Notes under the pieces: model-generated
The model's input: only the letters and a program-made list of their open reading frames with translations
The model's database searches: none
Told to the model about the DNA's origin: nothing
Translations under genes and position numbers: made by a program
Shown here: piece by piece, positions 61,700 to 64,000 of the stretch
How the letters are laid out: each line of letters starts with the position of its first letter
Numbering within the stretch: the first letter of the stretch is position 1
Assembly (NCBI RefSeq): GCF_001194135.2
Contig: NC_068990.1
Coordinates: 1,115,906-1,179,905 of the forward strand
From: Octopus bimaculoides
Lineage: Eukaryota
Length of the DNA: 64,000 nt
Reading direction: 5' to 3'

Positions 61700-62240
61700 G
61701 TCAGACAGGCTTGTCTGAGGTGCTTGCGGAGCAATGAGACCAATCTGCATGCACTCGTTGAGTGTGAGGGCCTTGGTGACTTGTGGAGTTATGTTGAAAA
61801 ACTGCTGTCGTGTGTGGGATGAATTCGTCTGTCAGCCAAGTCCATGTTGATCATTTCCCTGCTGCCCTCCTTCAATCAGGTAAAGCAAAGTAGTTTTCTT
61901 TTTTTTTTACCTGGCAGCTGTGACAAAAGAGGTTGTCTGGTGGATGAGGCTGAAAGGAATGAGGACAGAAACATTCTTCTTTGGTAAAGCCCTCACCAAG
62001 GTTTTCAAGAAAGTGAGGGTGGTGAGGGAAGTGCTGTCCTCGAGTGAATTTATCAAAATGTGGGTGAAAGGTGTGAAAATGACAAGAGTGGATGGTACCA
62101 CTTTAAGTGTAGACCTGTGAGTCAGAGGAAAGAAGTTGGAGAGGGCACTTGTGCTTGGTAGTCAGGGAGATCTTAGATGGAGGGGTTTCTTGATTATCCC
62201 TAGAGGTCCTCCTGTATCAGGAGGACCCCATCATTATCGC
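61700..62240 (+). mobile_element. Tx1/L1-clade ORF2 C-terminus (CCHC finger) and 3' UTR
   Basis: CLRCLRSNETNLHALVEC is C-x2-C-x8-H-x4-C (61712-61765), then LWSYVEKLL, KEVVWWMRLKG and stop at 62120; perfect stem-loop at 62205-62227. Confidence 0.8.
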
Positions 62241-62439
62241 ATATTTTTTTGTTAGTGTCATACACTATATATACTTCACTTTTTTAAATGAATACCGTAT
62301 ATATACTTTTCCTTCTTTTTTCTTTTCGTTTTTATCATTCCATTATATATAAACCACCACACTTTATGTCTGTGTCTGNNNNNNNNNNNNNNNNNNNNNN
62401 NNNNNNNNNNNNNNNNNNNNNTGTGGCAAATAAAAGAAA

Positions 62440-62635
62440 TCATGATGATGATGATGATCATCATCATCATCATCATCATTATTATTATTATCATTATTAT
62501 TATTGTTATTATTATTATTATTTTTATCATCATCATCATCAACATCATCATTATTATTATTATCATTATTATTATTGTTATTATTATTATTATTTTTATC
62601 ATCATCATCATCATCATCATCATCATTATTATTAT
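62440..62635. repeat. (ATC)n/(ATT)n compound microsatellite with a ~70-bp higher-order duplication
   Basis: Direct inspection. Confidence 0.9.
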
Positions 62636-63139
62636 ATTTCGGAAATGGTGCGGAGATAACAACAACAACAACAACAATGGCAACGTTTATTCTGATAGGT
62701 TTGAACTTGTCAGATATAACAATGTTAAAAGTTAAAAGTCTATCATGTTTGAAATATTAAATAAATATAAATTAAATACACAAAATTAAGCCTGACATTT
62801 TGATTTCAATATCATATTTTCTTTTATGATCTGCGGCTTTATTAAACTGTCAGAGAAGAAACAAAATATTTAATATATTTTTGATGCCGCTTAGCTGAGA
62901 GTAACTAGATTCAGCTACAAGTGGCAGATTGTGCAACTTTTCAAGATTATATGATACTCTTTTAAAGAGGCTCCCTGACACTTTAAAAGAGTAAGTTTTA
63001 AATTTACAACTCCTGTGGAATATCGTATAAAGTTATCAACTAGATAAATTATATCTGACATACAAGCAATCTTAATGTATGTATGTATGTATGTCTCTAT
63101 GTATGTATGTATGTGTGTATGTATGTATGTGTGTGTGTA

Positions 63140-63180
<41 letters not shown>

Positions 63181-63569
63181 ATGTACATAGGTAGGTATGT
63201 ATGTATGTATGTATAAAAAGGGTAAAGTCCCCTTTCTGTCACAAATGACTATAACATTACACCTACAGGAAATAAAGTTCAGTTGGACTCACTTCGATCA
63301 GATCAATTGTAGATGAGAGTTGCTTCTGATAGGACCTGATAGAAAGTGTGCTCAAGGACCCTGCCTCTCCAATCCTCCCCAAATGTTCTATGGCTAGAGG
63401 TCCTTCCAGTCCTCATCTTTCACCTGTTTCCAGACCCTATGGTCAGATATGTGTTTCAAGGATGATTGGAAACGAACAACATTGATTGTATGATGACATT
63501 GCTCATTTCCCAACACCATATGTACACCCAGCCCACCCCCACATATATTTTATTTGTATATGTTAACAC

Positions 63570-63860
63570 TGTGGCTGTGGAAAAGACCCGTCCTCCACAG
63601 CCAAAGTGTCAAAGACATATTCTCTGATGAAGTAGACTGGCCTGCAAAAGTCCTGTGCCCATGCCAAATAAAGAAACACTTGTACTGATACCATGAAAAA
63701 AGCACCTGTGCTGGTGCCATATAATGGCACATTAAAAGCATTCAACACACACTGTAAAGTAACTGGTTGTAGAAACCAAGCCAAATCGGACTTGGACCTG
63801 GTGCAACTTGCCAGCTTGCTAGCTTTGGTGAAACAGATGTTAAAGGATGCTGATGATGAT
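63570..63860 (+). mobile_element. RTE 3' end fragment
   Basis: gctgtggaaaagacccgtcc (AVEKTRP) followed by the RTE tail to gatgatgatg. Confidence 0.7.
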
Positions 63861-63911
63861 GTATGTGTGCATGTGTGTATATGTACATACATGCATGCAT
63901 ACATACAGACA

Positions 63912-63942
<31 letters not shown>

Positions 63943-64000
63943 GTGTGTGTGCATACATATATGATATATACAGGTTTGGCCGTGAGGTAAGAAGCTTGCT

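Noticed and set aside
173-63958. Most ORFs in the supplied track (YI/IY, CV, HT, IHPS, poly-I/Y/D, F/L/S-rich, and X-filled ORFs)
   Set aside because: They are translations of microsatellites, low-complexity tracts or N-gaps, not genes.

Overview
AT-rich animal genomic DNA, inferred to be a coleoid cephalopod and most likely Octopus. The inference rests on the SINE/RTE repertoire, the dense (TA)n/(TG)n/(AAT)n/(GAT)n microsatellites and 14 N-gaps of a draft assembly. I recognise no host protein-coding gene, rRNA, true tRNA or CRISPR; the window looks intergenic or deep intronic. Essentially all protein-like sequence is decayed transposon: RTE LINEs (two carry a C4HC3 PHD finger inside the RT thumb region, one ends in a C2H2 finger), several R4/Dong REL-type retrotransposons, Tx1/L1 fragments, a deleted Helitron in two pieces, a maT (DD37D) Tc1/mariner remnant, a 125-bp Gypsy integrase snippet inside a LINE, and a CpG-rich probable solo LTR with a 4-bp TSD. 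Non-autonomous elements include three tRNA-derived SINE families (called A, B, C here), RTE-tail elements, piggyBac- and hAT-type MITEs and DINE/HINE-like elements. Long hairpins, two unusual minisatellites, a few splice-site-flanked candidate micro/mini-exons and motif-dense unique segments are flagged as lower-confidence leads. Repeat boundaries are approximate (tens of bp) unless a TSD or TIR is cited.
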